Shown: positions 1-10,993 of the stretch, in pieces
Layout: each line of letters begins with the position of its first letter
Numbering within the stretch: the first letter of the stretch is position 1
DNA from: Chara braunii
Lineage: Eukaryota > Plantae > Charophyceae
Direction: 5' to 3'
Assembly (NCBI GenBank): GCA_003427395.1
Contig: BFEA01000029.1
Coordinates: 1,884,435 to 1,948,434, forward strand
DNA length: 64,000 nucleotides
Made by a program: the position numbers and the translations under genes
Notes under the pieces: generated by a model
The model's database searches: none
What the model was told of the DNA's origin: nothing
The model's input: the letters and a program-made list of their open reading frames with translations, nothing else

Positions 1-725
1 AAAAAAGCCAGCTTGGAGAAGGACGAGGCGTAGGAGGAGGGCGCCAACAGCTTGAAGAAGATGTCCCCCCACCCAAAAAAAAAAAAAAAATAGCTTGAGA
101 AGACGCGCGAACTCGACTTCATGATTAAAGACATGGCCTTATGTTTGTTGTCCCATCCGTTGGATCGTTGGTGTGGTCTTTTGTTTTTGGTTTTTTCTGT
201 AGTTTGCTTTCCCTCGCTCTCATTGCCTTCCTTTTTTTTTTTTTTTTTTCATTTTGTTTTGGCGTTCCTAAATTTGCGTTCTTTTTTTTTATAAATAAAG
301 ATCGTCCTTTTGTCCTTGGAATTTTTTTGCCGTTTTTCCCTCCCTCGATGGCTCCCTTCTGGTGCAAGGTCCCATTGCGAAGGGGATTGGAGAGAAAGCC
401 GGAATCTGGACTCTTCTGTGGAAAGGTGCACAAAATCGAGATTGAACTGCTTTTCTGCATCTCTGCTTAAAACACGTCCACATTCAGGGAATTTATCCAA
501 TCCTCTTTGCTAGGGGGACCTCGCCCGTGCTCCGTCAAATGTTTGAGCGGTGGTCATCCGCGGGTCTGAAGACAGCCGTCGCCCTTGTATAGGGCCCGCG
601 GTGAGCTCTTTTGCTTTTTTTTTTTTTTTTTTTTTTTTTTCTTCCTTTCCTTTTGATCCCCGCGCAGCAGCAGGGGAGGAGTCGCACCTCATTTCCGCTC
701 TCAACTTTTGCCACGTCAGAGCATA

Positions 726-836
726 CTGACCCTAGGAGGACTTTCCGGACTCAGCTCTGGACGTGATTGCGGTCAGATGCATTCACGTGCGGACGTAATT
801 GCCGCCAGATACAGTTAGCAAAAGTGGTAGTGTGAG
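726..836 (-). mobile_element. Tc1/mariner (Stowaway-like) MITE, copy 1
   Basis: TA-flanked degenerate TIR (CTGACCCTA...TAGTGTGAG). Its reverse complement aligns by eye with 1737-1881, and it shares GCGGYCAGATGC motifs with 2557-2679. Confidence 0.6.
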
Positions 837-1516
837 TACGCTGTCAATATCCGCTGCAGCTTATAGCATTCAACCCCTCTTTGCTCTCAGCTGACTGAGA
901 TCATTATGACATTGGCATAATTCAAAGACTAGGACTTTCCTGCACGTATTTCAAGTACAATATGGACCAGATTCACCCGAAAACGTCCAGTTCTCTGAGC
1001 ATCCCCTTCCTGTTCTTCCTCCCGCGGCCCTCGCTGCTGTCATGTTCATTTCATTCAATTTTTAATTAACTACTTATACAACAGGCTTTTATCCTTTTTT
1101 TTTTTTTTTTTTTGTTCTTCACTCCCCCCTCGCATTGTTCACCGTCTTGTACCTTTTTTGTTAGGAACACTGCCGCTCGTAGGACTTTCCGGCATGTTTC
1201 TGGCGGGAATTACGGCCAGATGCGGCCGACAAAACCTAGTACTCGGTTTTCTTTAGATCATTACTATTCGCTGCCGCACCACTCACCAAATGCAGAAAAG
1301 ACGAAATTTACGGTGATGAATCTTTCCATGTTCTGGCGGAAGATTCGTTCTCATTTTGCACATTTGGGGTGACTACCGTCTTCCCCCGAACACAACGCAC
1401 CCTCATTGTGGCTGTATCTGGCCGGAAATATACCTTGCGTACATTCATTTTTAGGCTGCGTATGTTCGGGGGAAAACGGTAGCAGTAGTGCAGCGAAGTC
1501 CAATTTCCACAATATA

Positions 1517-1645
1517 GGGCCCCTCGCCACACCACTCTACTCTCGAAATGTGAAAACGACAACAATGTGGTAGGTGCATCTGGCCATGTTCTAGCAGGAA
1601 GTTCATTCTCATTTTGCACATTGCGAGAGTAGCGTGGCGATGCCC
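1517..1645. mobile_element. PIF/Harbinger (Tourist-like) MITE, copy 1
   Basis: Long imperfect TIR GGGC..CGCCACACCACTCT..CGAAATGTGAAAA / TTTTGCACATTGCGAGAGTAGCGTGGCGATGCCC; 3-bp ATA on both sides; homologous to 4507-4628. A more diverged relative lies at about 1270-1372. Confidence 0.7.
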
Positions 1646-1693
1646 ATATACGGCCGACAGGTAAGTAGAAAGAAGAACGAAGATACTAGGCAG

Positions 1694-1724
<31 letters not shown>

Positions 1725-1736
1725 TAGTAGGGGTAA

Positions 1737-1881
1737 CTCCCACTAGCACTTTCCAAAATGCATCAGACCGCAATTTCTTTTTTTTTTTTTCGAGAAATCA
1801 GACCGCAATTTCGGTCACACCTGTATGCATCTAGCCGCAATTTCGTCCACAAATAAGTAGAAAAGTCCTACGTAGTGTGAG
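1737..1881 (+). mobile_element. Stowaway-like MITE, copy 2
   Basis: CTCCCACTA...TAGTGTGAG followed by TA; inverted relative to copies 1 and 3. Confidence 0.6.
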
Positions 1882-2048
1882 TAGGCCCTAGGTTGGCCTT
1901 TCTGTTGTTGTTGTTTTTTTTTACATTTTTTCGTAATTTGTCTACGCCACCAGTCGATTCGATTTTTTTATTTTTTTTTTGTTTCTTAAAGAGTCGATTC
2001 GATTTTCGGGCGAGGTGTGATGTAAATACCGCGTTTTTCTGAAATTCA

Positions 2049-2340
2049 AATGATGTTGCGCTGGTCGATGAGCGCACACATTCTTGAGCGCGGGGAGTTT
2101 CCGGAAGGAATCCGGACGGCGTCTACGGGCAGATTCGTGCTTGCAAGTGGAATGATGTTGCGCTGGTCGTTGAGCGCGGGGAGTTTCTGGAAGGAATCCG
2201 GACGGCATCTACGGGCAGATTGATCCTCGCAAGTGGAATGATGTTGCGCTGGTCGAGGAGCGCGGACATTCTTCAGCGCGGGGAGTTTCTGGAAGGAATG
2301 CGGACGGCATCTACGGGCAGATTCATCCTTGCAAGTGGAA
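2049..2340. repeat. Tandem repeat, 3 units of about 86-102 bp
   Basis: AATGATGTTGCGCTGGTCG...GAGCGCGGGGAGTTTCYGGAAGGAAT...TCTACGGGCAGATT...GCAAGTGG occurs three times. Confidence 0.9.
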
Positions 2341-2556
2341 CTGGCGGGACTATCACGGCTGTCTTCGACCAGTCCTTCGGCAGCTTGTGTCACGTGCGTT
2401 TGTGTACGCGTGTGCGCGAGCGACAATGTTTGTTAGTCCGCGTGCGCGCGCGCGTGTGTGCGCTTGTGCGTGCGCGCGTGTCGTCAGTTCTTAGCGCCTT
2501 TCTCGTCCCTCCTCCGCGACCTGAATGATTGGCCGCTCAATCAATAAGGGCATATA

Positions 2557-2679
2557 CTCATGCGACGAGGACTTTTTTGCTTATTTTATGGACGTCATTG
2601 CGGCCAGATGCACAGATGCATCCGGGAATGGCCGTAATTGCAGTCGGATGCATTCCGGAAAATGCTACTGTAGTGTGAG
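2557..2679 (-). mobile_element. Stowaway-like MITE, copy 3
   Basis: TA+CTCATGCGA...TAGTGTGAG, with the same internal motifs as copy 1. Confidence 0.55.
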
Positions 2680-4506
2680 AATCGCCTAAGGGCAGCAGCT
2701 CCGCAACAATGTACGGGTCCAAATAAAATTAATTATCAAAATTGAGAAGTCAAAAAGTTTTCCGCCTCCGAAAAAAAAAGACGAAACAAAATAGTAAATA
2801 ACACGGAAGCGAATCAAATCGAATAAAATTCGAGGTAATATCAAATTAAAAAAATAGAAAAAAAAAACTGTGGGAAAAAAAAGAAAAGAAGAGGATCGAC
2901 GGCAGCGAATCCGCGAACACGAAAAAAAAGAGAACAAACCACAAAAAAACAAAAGACGAGCAGCAGCGCATGCCGCCGAGAATAGACGATCCGCCCCGAC
3001 CCGACCGTCGCGACCCGACCCGGCGCAACCCGACATACGGACGAGACGAAACGAGGAGACAAAAGATGCTGAAGAACCGGAAAAAAGAACGAAACAAAAA
3101 AAGAGAAAAAAAAAGAAAAAAAAAAAGAAAGATACCGGAGGTCCTGTTGGGTGCTGGGCTTGGAGGCGGAGGCGAGAAGAGGTGGGTCGAGATCGGGATG
3201 GGGGCGGAGGCCGTGCTACACTATACTGGCAGATATCTTCTCTCTGCCACAGTCTGCTGCGCTCTGCGGAGCTCCAGAATATTTGGCCCTCGTATGGCTC
3301 CGCCCGTCCGATTGATGGCCCGCGCCTGCCGCTTCAGGGGTCATCTTGCACTGCACAGACAGACAGACGGCCAGCGCCCTGCGTGAGTATGCATGGGTGC
3401 CCACGCGCGCGCGCATGCGCGCAGCCTGCGCATGAGTAATCCACTGTTGCTTCTGGGCACCACCCAGCGCGCGACGGGCGGGTCCAGGTCGCTGGCACTT
3501 CCGCGCCCCCCCCCATGCTGTGCCCTCCCTCTCTCCGCCCGTCCCATCCGTCCCCTCGGTGCCCACGCTTCCTGGGGGGTCACGCCGTTGCTGGTTGTCC
3601 GCCAGTGCGCTGCAAGCGCAGCCGGCGAACGAACGCCGCCCTGCGCAACGGGCCCTCCGACCGAAAATCCGACTCCCCCGCCCCCACTCTGCGTGTGTGA
3701 TAATTTCCCGCCCTCCGCTCCGCCCCGCTCCCGCCCTTCTCTCCGGCGCGGCGATGACCACTAGTCCTGCGGGCTTTGCGGCCCAAGGGCGGGCCGCTGA
3801 GTCGACGGGCCGTCAGCCAGCTGCGTTTGCCCCCTCGTCCCTTTCGCGAAGACGACGCCAGGGCAGCGCGCGCGCGCCTTGCCCCCGCGATCTCTCTCAT
3901 GATTACCGCGCGGGCGAGGTCGGAGGTCCCCTCCTCCCACGCCCGCCAACCTAACTCAGCACCACACCTGCGGCTTCGCAGGCCCAGGCCGTGCCCCAAG
4001 CAGACTGCGAGAGCAGGTAGTTTCCCGATTGAATGTGGTTGCCATGCCGTTCAGGGGCATCCACACGAGTCCAGAATGGGAGTATTTCGATCTGGCTGCT
4101 TTTGGGGTCACATACATGCACTGATTTTTCTAGCCGTAGTGGGTGGGGAGTACATACATGTCGTCAAAAGGGTCGCATGCCCTGAACCACGTCCCTAGGC
4201 GAATCGTTACGTCCACCCCGCGCGTGTCATCCATGCTTGCATGCACGGTGGCGATCACCCGACTCTCGTCAGGGCCAGATTTTTTTTTTCTTTTTTCTTT
4301 TTTCTTTTTTTTTTTCTGTCAAAGGTGTAGAGAGAGGAGGACTCGGAGATGCTCAAAGGTGTAGAGAGAGGAGGAGATGAACAGATGAAGAAGGGAAGCC
4401 ATGGTGATGATGGAGTCAAAGGGGCGGGAAGTAGATCTGCCTGAGGGCATAGGGCCTCGCTCCACTACTGTGTACAAAAACCGACAGTCGGACATCGCTC
4501 CACTTA

Positions 4507-4628
4507 GCGCCTCGCCACACCACTCTCGAAATGTGAAAAAGACAAAAATGTGGGGGGGCCATCTGGTCGTGTTCTAGGGGGAAGTTCATTCCCATTTTGC
4601 AAATTTCGAGAGTGGTGTGGCTATGCCC
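4507..4628. mobile_element. Tourist-like MITE, copy 2
   Basis: TTA duplication at 4504-4506 and 4629-4631; TIR GCGCCTCGCCACACCACTCTCGAAATGTG / AATTTCGAGAGTGGTGTGGCTATGCCC. Confidence 0.75.
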
Positions 4629-4732
4629 TTACTGTCCGCTGTACATGTGCCAAATGTGATATTTTATGAATTTCTGTCAGTTGAGGGAGAGCATGACTTT
4701 GAAATAACAATTTCGTATTTTGACTATAACCA

Positions 4733-4735
<3 letters not shown>

Positions 4736-4776
<41 letters not shown>

Positions 4777-7700
4777 CAACATTAGCTCCATTCTATTCGT
4801 GGGGAGCGACACGTGTTGGGAACCGGGCCCAACGTCCCTTATGAAACACGAATGAGGCCGGGGTCCTCACAAATCTACCCGGAATGACTGATCATAAATA
4901 CAAAAGTGCACAGCAAAACTGAACTTGTTAGGACCGGGAGCATTACCCGGCTTCGCTTCTTATTGCAGTAGAGGGGAGAAGTGAAGACATATTTGTTAGT
5001 GGGATTAGGGCTGGTATGAAGACCGATGAAGTCCTGTGTTGAGGTAAACCAGGTTAGATTCTACGGAAAGATCAGAAGTGTGTGGATAAGACTGTAAAGG
5101 CCCTCTCAGCAGTGGTTGCTGACAGATAGGAAAGTTGAGAATCAAGGCCCGGGTGCAGAGTGATCCCACAGTAAATTTGAGTATGTCAGTTTGTTATCCT
5201 CTGAAAGTTGTGCCCATTGAAAGGGGGAAGACCATTTGTTCTGAAATAGTGCTCGAGCTGTCTCCTGCGAGGCAGCATTGTTCCTGAGTTTGATCCAGTC
5301 CGCAGTTATGTCCAGTCTTAAAGCTTGTTTGAATCTAGCAAGTAGGGAAGGCAATGGATCCTGCGTGTCCGCGAACCTTCTATCTCTCCTGGCTAGCCAT
5401 AAGTGCCAGAAAGCCCGAGCTCTGAAGAGGAGAGAAATCCTACCTGCCTGTTGCTTCTGAAGAGGGCGGGGAGCTCTTCCAGTGTAGAAATATTATTTTT
5501 ATAGTTTCTCTTATCTTTTTGCTTGGAAACACTGAAATACAGTTGGGACACTATGGTAGAGCTAAACCTTTTTGCTCAAGTAAAGAATGATCAATTAGTC
5601 AATCATAAGTTGGTAAACACCTATAGACTATTTGTCATTGTAGTGAAGCAAATTTTGTCGGTCTCTCCTTGAGGTCCTTACACCATTTAACGATCGTGAG
5701 TCAGTCGAGGTGGATGTTAAGATGACTGGCCCATCTATCCTTCAAAATGGACATGAAGTCTATTTTTGAACGAAGGATGCGATATAAGGCTTAAACCGTG
5801 AGGGAGTGCAGTCTTTGAGGGTCACCTCTACTATTAATTCTCCATACTCATTCCAAAGGATCCAGTGGTAGCTCAACGATTTACAATTCAAGGAGGAAGG
5901 TTTTCCAACTTCTTGCTTGTAACACTTTAATCTCATACATTGTAAAGTCAGGGAAGAAAGCAACTTCATTTTGGTTCATTTTAGGGATTGAGCGATCCTT
6001 ACATATTCTGCATAGGTTAGTTATCGCTCCTCCTTGATGAGTATCGAGAATTTGACCTATAACTTTATCTTCCCCTGGTTGAATAGCTCCTACCCAGTCT
6101 GCTTCTCTAAAGTCCATACCCTTTTTAAGAAGCAACATCCATGCTAGAGGAATGATGGTAGTATTTGGTCTAGATTGTTACTCAAGTTCCAGACACATTT
6201 AATCATTTTTTTCAGTTCTTCCACCGTTTGTTTCTCAATTCTCAATTTTCCCAAATGACTGTTTCTTTGAGGAGGAAGTTTTATTGGTGGGGAAAGTAGT
6301 TATCCCTCCCTAAGTACATCCCTCATTTTCATCGGGGTATGCGAGCATTCCACAAAATGAAAATCGTTGGAGAAAGGGTTGTGGTAATTGAATCCTCTCC
6401 CTGGGGAAGGCACGCCCTTCCTCCTTAGGTTTCAAGTTGTTAATTTATTTGACACCTAAGTTTGAGTTGTCCTCATTAGCCTCAAAAGAGGGAATGTAAG
6501 AATTATTGTCGAAAATGCATATTATTTGAGTACCTTTACTAATCCTTTTTAATCTCTTTCCGTCTTCTTCCTCGACCTCAGAGGGCGACGGAGAGAAAAA
6601 GCCCTAAGGGGTTTGGGTATTCTTGCACCTTATGAAGGACAATCTCATGGTTGGACTCATTATCATCTTGAAGGTCCACTGCAATGTAGCTCTGGCTAAC
6701 AACTATTTTGCCTGTTCAGCCTGTGGGACCAGGTCGTGGCCTGACCCTAGAGGTCGGGTGTTGTTCAGTCCGGGCTAGTCTAGTCCAGTCCAGTCAGTGC
6801 ACTAGGGATATACCCCAGTTGCAGTTTGTTTTTTGGTTTATTCTTCATTTGCACAGTTTAGAGTTCGTGCACGTTGAGTCTGCGTCGGAGCCGTGTTGTC
6901 TCTTCTTGCTTCATTTCCATCTCCCTTATCCTCATACCATTCGTCTTTATCTTGACGGACCACCATCCTAGCGGGTCAGTCACATCCGCCCTTGACTCAT
7001 TATGTTTCTTTTTTCATTGTCGGGGGGGTCATGTCTTCTTCCATGTGTTCCTCGGTGTCCTGTCCTTTCTGATTCGTTATCTTGAGGTTGTTATTCTGTG
7101 GTAGAGGGGCCGTACCTGACCCATATTTCCCTCCCTTTCCTTCTTGATGTCGAGTATCTTGAGAATCCCCCGGGCATCCTCCTTCCTCTTTCTCATGTTC
7201 CCCTTCTCTTTCCTTCTCTTTCCTTCTCGTTCCCCTCGTTCCCTCCGGTTTTTTCTTCCCCTTGCTTACCTTTCCCATACTTCTCCCCCAACCCCATTTT
7301 GCCCCCCTTCTCATTGTCTTTTTCATCGATCTTCTCCCCTTGGTCCTTTTCCCCTTTCGAACCACTTCCCCTCCCCTTATCACCTCCCACCTTTATCACT
7401 TTTCTTTCCATCTTTCTCACTTCGACCCTTGTCAAAGTTGTCGCCCTAAGCTTGTCATCCTTATCCCTCCTCCGCCGTTGGTTTTGACCACCTTAGCGTA
7501 GGAGTTTTTCTTGCGGAAGGGGAAATTCTCATCATCTTTCGAATGGATGTGACGTCTACAGACTGGGCACCAGAGAGTGGTAGCACATACCACTTCAAGG
7601 TCCACATCCATTTAGGATCAAATCAACTATAAGATTCATTTAGAACCAAATCAACTATAAGATATCACTTGTATTTCAATCGGGCTGCTGACTTAAGGTC

Positions 7701-8500
7701 AAGCTTGACATTTAGTAGGTCAGGAAATAGTTTGTCAGCGAAAGTAGGTTATTCCTTAATCAAGTCATATGCGCCCCTGGGAGGAGACCAAGGGTGTTAA
7801 TTGAAACTTGCCAAACATGATGATGTGACACCTATGGCCATACCCACAACTCTTGCTTGGTCATGGATCGCTTGAATGAAATTGTATACTTAGTGTTGTC
7901 GAGCTCAATTTCCGTCCGGGCTACGCGCAACATCCACTCTGCTTCTTCCTTGGAGGGGGCCACATATCCAACTAAGTTACAATCCTCAATATAGAAGAGT
8001 CCTCATTTAGCCGGAGTAGTAAGTTGTCCCGACGAGGCCCACCCATGTCTGTAAATTCTCACTAGGTGTCTTGTAACGTCTAAGGGAATTGATGAAGTAT
8101 CATCTCCAAAGAAGATGGAGATCACATTCTCTTGGAGGCACTCGGCTTGAACCTTATATAAGTCTTGATTAATGATCACTCTTGTAGTCCTCACTTACCT
8201 CTACTTGTGATGGTGCTAGGCAAGGGAGAGGGATTCCATCAAGATAGCAATATGAGAGTATACCCCTAATCCTCAATTTTTCCTCTGTCGAAATGGATGC
8301 GGACGACTCTGGGGCCACTATTGATAACGAAGAAAGAGTCAAAACCTCATAATAAAGAAATAATGGATCGGAAGCCAACTAATAAATATGGGACAAAAGA
8401 GGTATACAGAAGCAAACCCCAACCATCGCACCCCACCGGGTATAAAGTATTATTTTTTATACCTGCAATATTGTCACTGCTCCATGCTCCCAACCGATCA
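4736..8500 (-). mobile_element. Decayed L1/Tx1-type LINE: ORF1, internally deleted ORF2, poly(A) tail
   Basis: Poly(T) at 4736-4772 is the tail. ORF2 C-terminal motifs on the minus strand: CPNC...ET..IF and FWHLWLARRDRRF. ORF1 zinc knuckle WCPVCRRHIH at about 7545-7580, followed by a K/E/G-rich tract. Many stops and frameshifts. Confidence 0.8.
6680..6984 (+). mobile_element. Solo LTR (305 bp) inserted in LINE ORF1
   Basis: TG...CA ends; 5-bp TSD TCCAC/TCCGC with one mismatch; homologous in inverted orientation to 41548-41867, which abuts a PBS. Confidence 0.8.
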
Positions 8501-9660
8501 CACAACGGTTGTCATCTGGTGTTCTCTAGTGAATGGAAGGTAAGCCTCACTCCTCTGAGAACTTGACGGAACCATGCTAGTGTGAGAGCAAAGATCCCCT
8601 CTGGCCTTTGGTATTCCACCGGAGGCTTGTGCCACAGACCGCTGCCGGCAAGAAAAGAGTCTCGTGCGTTGCTGACGTCAATCACATAACCACTCACCAC
8701 ATCATGTGATAAGCTAAGATCTGTACATCGTGGCGTCATGTATCCTTTGGAGTAAAACCCGAAGTAAGCCCCAAGCATGGCTTGTTAGCGGATTAGGAAA
8801 ACCCGGGTCCATTTCTTATTATTAAGGTTAACGGGATGCATCTTTCAAGGTTGCCCATGTCCTTGTTCAAATAAGTTTTTCGCACGTACAGTTCGTGATC
8901 ATATGGAGAAATCTAAGAAACCGTGAGGAATTTTGATTGGCGGGATTTATTTATTTTTTGTGCGAAAGCGCACGAAACCATTTGTTTTTGAATTCTTATA
9001 CGGCGTGTAAGCTCAGTTCCAGCTATGCGCGTGCATGCAATCTTACCCTTTGGCTGAGCACTTCTCCCTGTATGTCCTTTTGCTTCCCCTCAAGTCTACC
9101 GTACCGCCCGATCCTCCTTTTTCCCTTCGGGCCGATCGATGGGTCGTTAGTTGGGATAGTCGGATCAATACCGTGAAAGCGCACTTGCGCGCGCAGCTTG
9201 GACGACCAGTCTAATTGAACGAGGAATACCGACCACCCCGCCTCCTTCGAACCTTCTGGAACCGCTGCTCTTCCTCTGTCCTACGCATCTACATCCCTTG
9301 TTGCCTGCACCACACGCCGACACTTCGCCGCCTTCTGCGCTGTAAGTTCTCACAACTCCTTCCTCGACCTCTCTTTGATCTCGACTACAATGTTGCGCGA
9401 GCTTTGCGGGAAGACCATGCATCGAAAAGGCTCGACATGCCCAAGTGATGGGTGGAGTGACGACATGAGGTGAGATTAGCGGTAGACTTGGGGGTATAGG
9501 TAGTCCAAGAAACTGAGCGGTGGTGGAGATAGAATGTGGCCAGCGATAGGGCGTTGTAACTATCGTTGGTTGACGTTCTGGTTGGTTGGGGTTTATGCCT
9601 GATGGCGGCCGGTCTTGTGAAATTTTGAATAGTGAGGGATTTGCTCTTTCCTCCATTGCT

Positions 9661-10132
9661 GAGAGAAGGTTAACAAAAGTCCTATTTTTCATCACCACTT
9701 CATAACACCCTTCACCACTTCAAGATGCAGCCTGCCTAAACAGGTGGTTTTCAGGGTCTTCGGAACTTTTACCACTTCAGGACCATTCAGGTCTGGTCAT
9801 CCTGAATGGTCCAGAAGTGCTGAAAGCTCCGAAAACCCTGAAAACCACCTTTTTAGGCAGGCTGCATCCTCAAGTGGTAAAGGGCGTTTTTCATGGTCTT
9901 CGGACCTTTCACCGCTTCAGGACCATTCAGGATTTTCAGACTGACCAAAATTCTCACTTGACCACTTCAGGACACCCTTCACCACTTCAGGATGCAGCCT
10001 GCCTAAACAGGTGGTTTTCAGGGTCTTCGGACCTTTCACCACTTCAGGACCATTCAGGATTTTCAGGCTGCCCTAAACTTTTACTTCAGAATTTTCATTC
10101 CTTAATTTTCAGTTACCCGATAACCGCTTGTG
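9661..10132 (+). mobile_element. Short member of a satellite-carrying non-autonomous DNA transposon family
   Basis: TSD CCATTGCT/CCATTGTT. Termini GAGAGAAGGTTAACAA...ATAACCGCTTGTG match those of 51235-57974. The segment is absent from the homologous locus at about 60630. Confidence 0.85.
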
Positions 10133-10689
10133 CCATTGTTGGTTTGTCCAAGTGTTATGTGTGTAGTAGACTAAGCATGGGTTCCCAGTCGCATGCATGA
10201 TGTTTGTTGTAGGGGTCTATAGATGATTAGTGCTTCGTTGTCCAAGATGCATAAATGTATGGATGTGAAGTGATCTCACGGGTGTAAAGCGTTGTAGGCG
10301 CAACCCGGGGTAAAGGTGGGGGTATCGAACGTCTACCTGTATGCATGAGTGTGTTGATCTTCCCTTGCATTCCCCGCCCCTTGCCGATTTCTAGCGCTAT
10401 CCATGAGCGTGGGGAATCGATGCCCACTCTTCCCTCTCTTCCCTCTTGCGCGCAAGTGCCACATATCGGGTTGTCCTGTGTGCCCCCCGGTTGGTGGTCG
10501 TAACCAGAGGCATCCGTCACGTGTGTCTCCGCATGTCCCTCGATCTCTTTGCTACCTAACCATAACCATTTTGTCCGGATAGTGATTCGGTGACTAATGA
10601 TGATGTGTCCCTGAAATTACATTTCGTTAAGTGGATGAGAGTGGGGTGAAACCCATTAAGATTTGCATTGAGTCGAGACTTACTACGCA

Positions 10690-10993
10690 ACACGTGAGCA
10701 CATGTAACTACTTGTGCTCAACCCTCTCGTCGATCCACCATAACACCCTCCCGCCATTCCTAATTGCATAAGAAGACAATCTGTACTACGATGTGGTTGT
10801 GCGAGGTGCGATGTTGCGGATCGACTGGGTTCATCTATACAACTTGTCCAAGGCTTGTCACGTAAGGGGGAGTGGGTTCGTGTTGATTGATTGGTTTTCT
10901 TTCCTACCCCTAATCCTACCTTATACTGATTTGACGGTGCTTCCTTGGTCGGGGCCCCATGCAACGTGGCGGCCTCAGTTTAACTGTCACTGG
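10690..10993 (+). pseudogene. Conserved unknown reading frame antisense to LINE ORF1, copy a
   Basis: LRIDWVHLYNLSKACH...ILPYTDLTVLPWSGPHATWRPQFNCHW; differences from copy b are enriched for synonymous third-position changes. Confidence 0.6.

Larger units (their letters stand above)
8512..10993 (-). mobile_element. 5' portion of a second LINE family, homologous to about 59830-61452
   Basis: Colinear nucleotide similarity with 59.8-61.45 kb in several blocks. Minus-strand ORF1-like remnants (WGLLRV...GEWL; SRNIVVEIKER vs SHKIAVEMKER). Similarity stops at TTTAACTGTCACTGG in both copies. Confidence 0.55.

Noticed and set aside
2686-4200. Overlapping GC-rich ORFs, also at 36928-38912
   Set aside because: Low-complexity, open in several frames, with no recognisable domain.
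8512-8778. RNase H-like reading (VIDVS...WFRQVLRG)
   Set aside because: Catalytic spacing is unconvincing; another minus-strand frame fits LINE ORF1 better.
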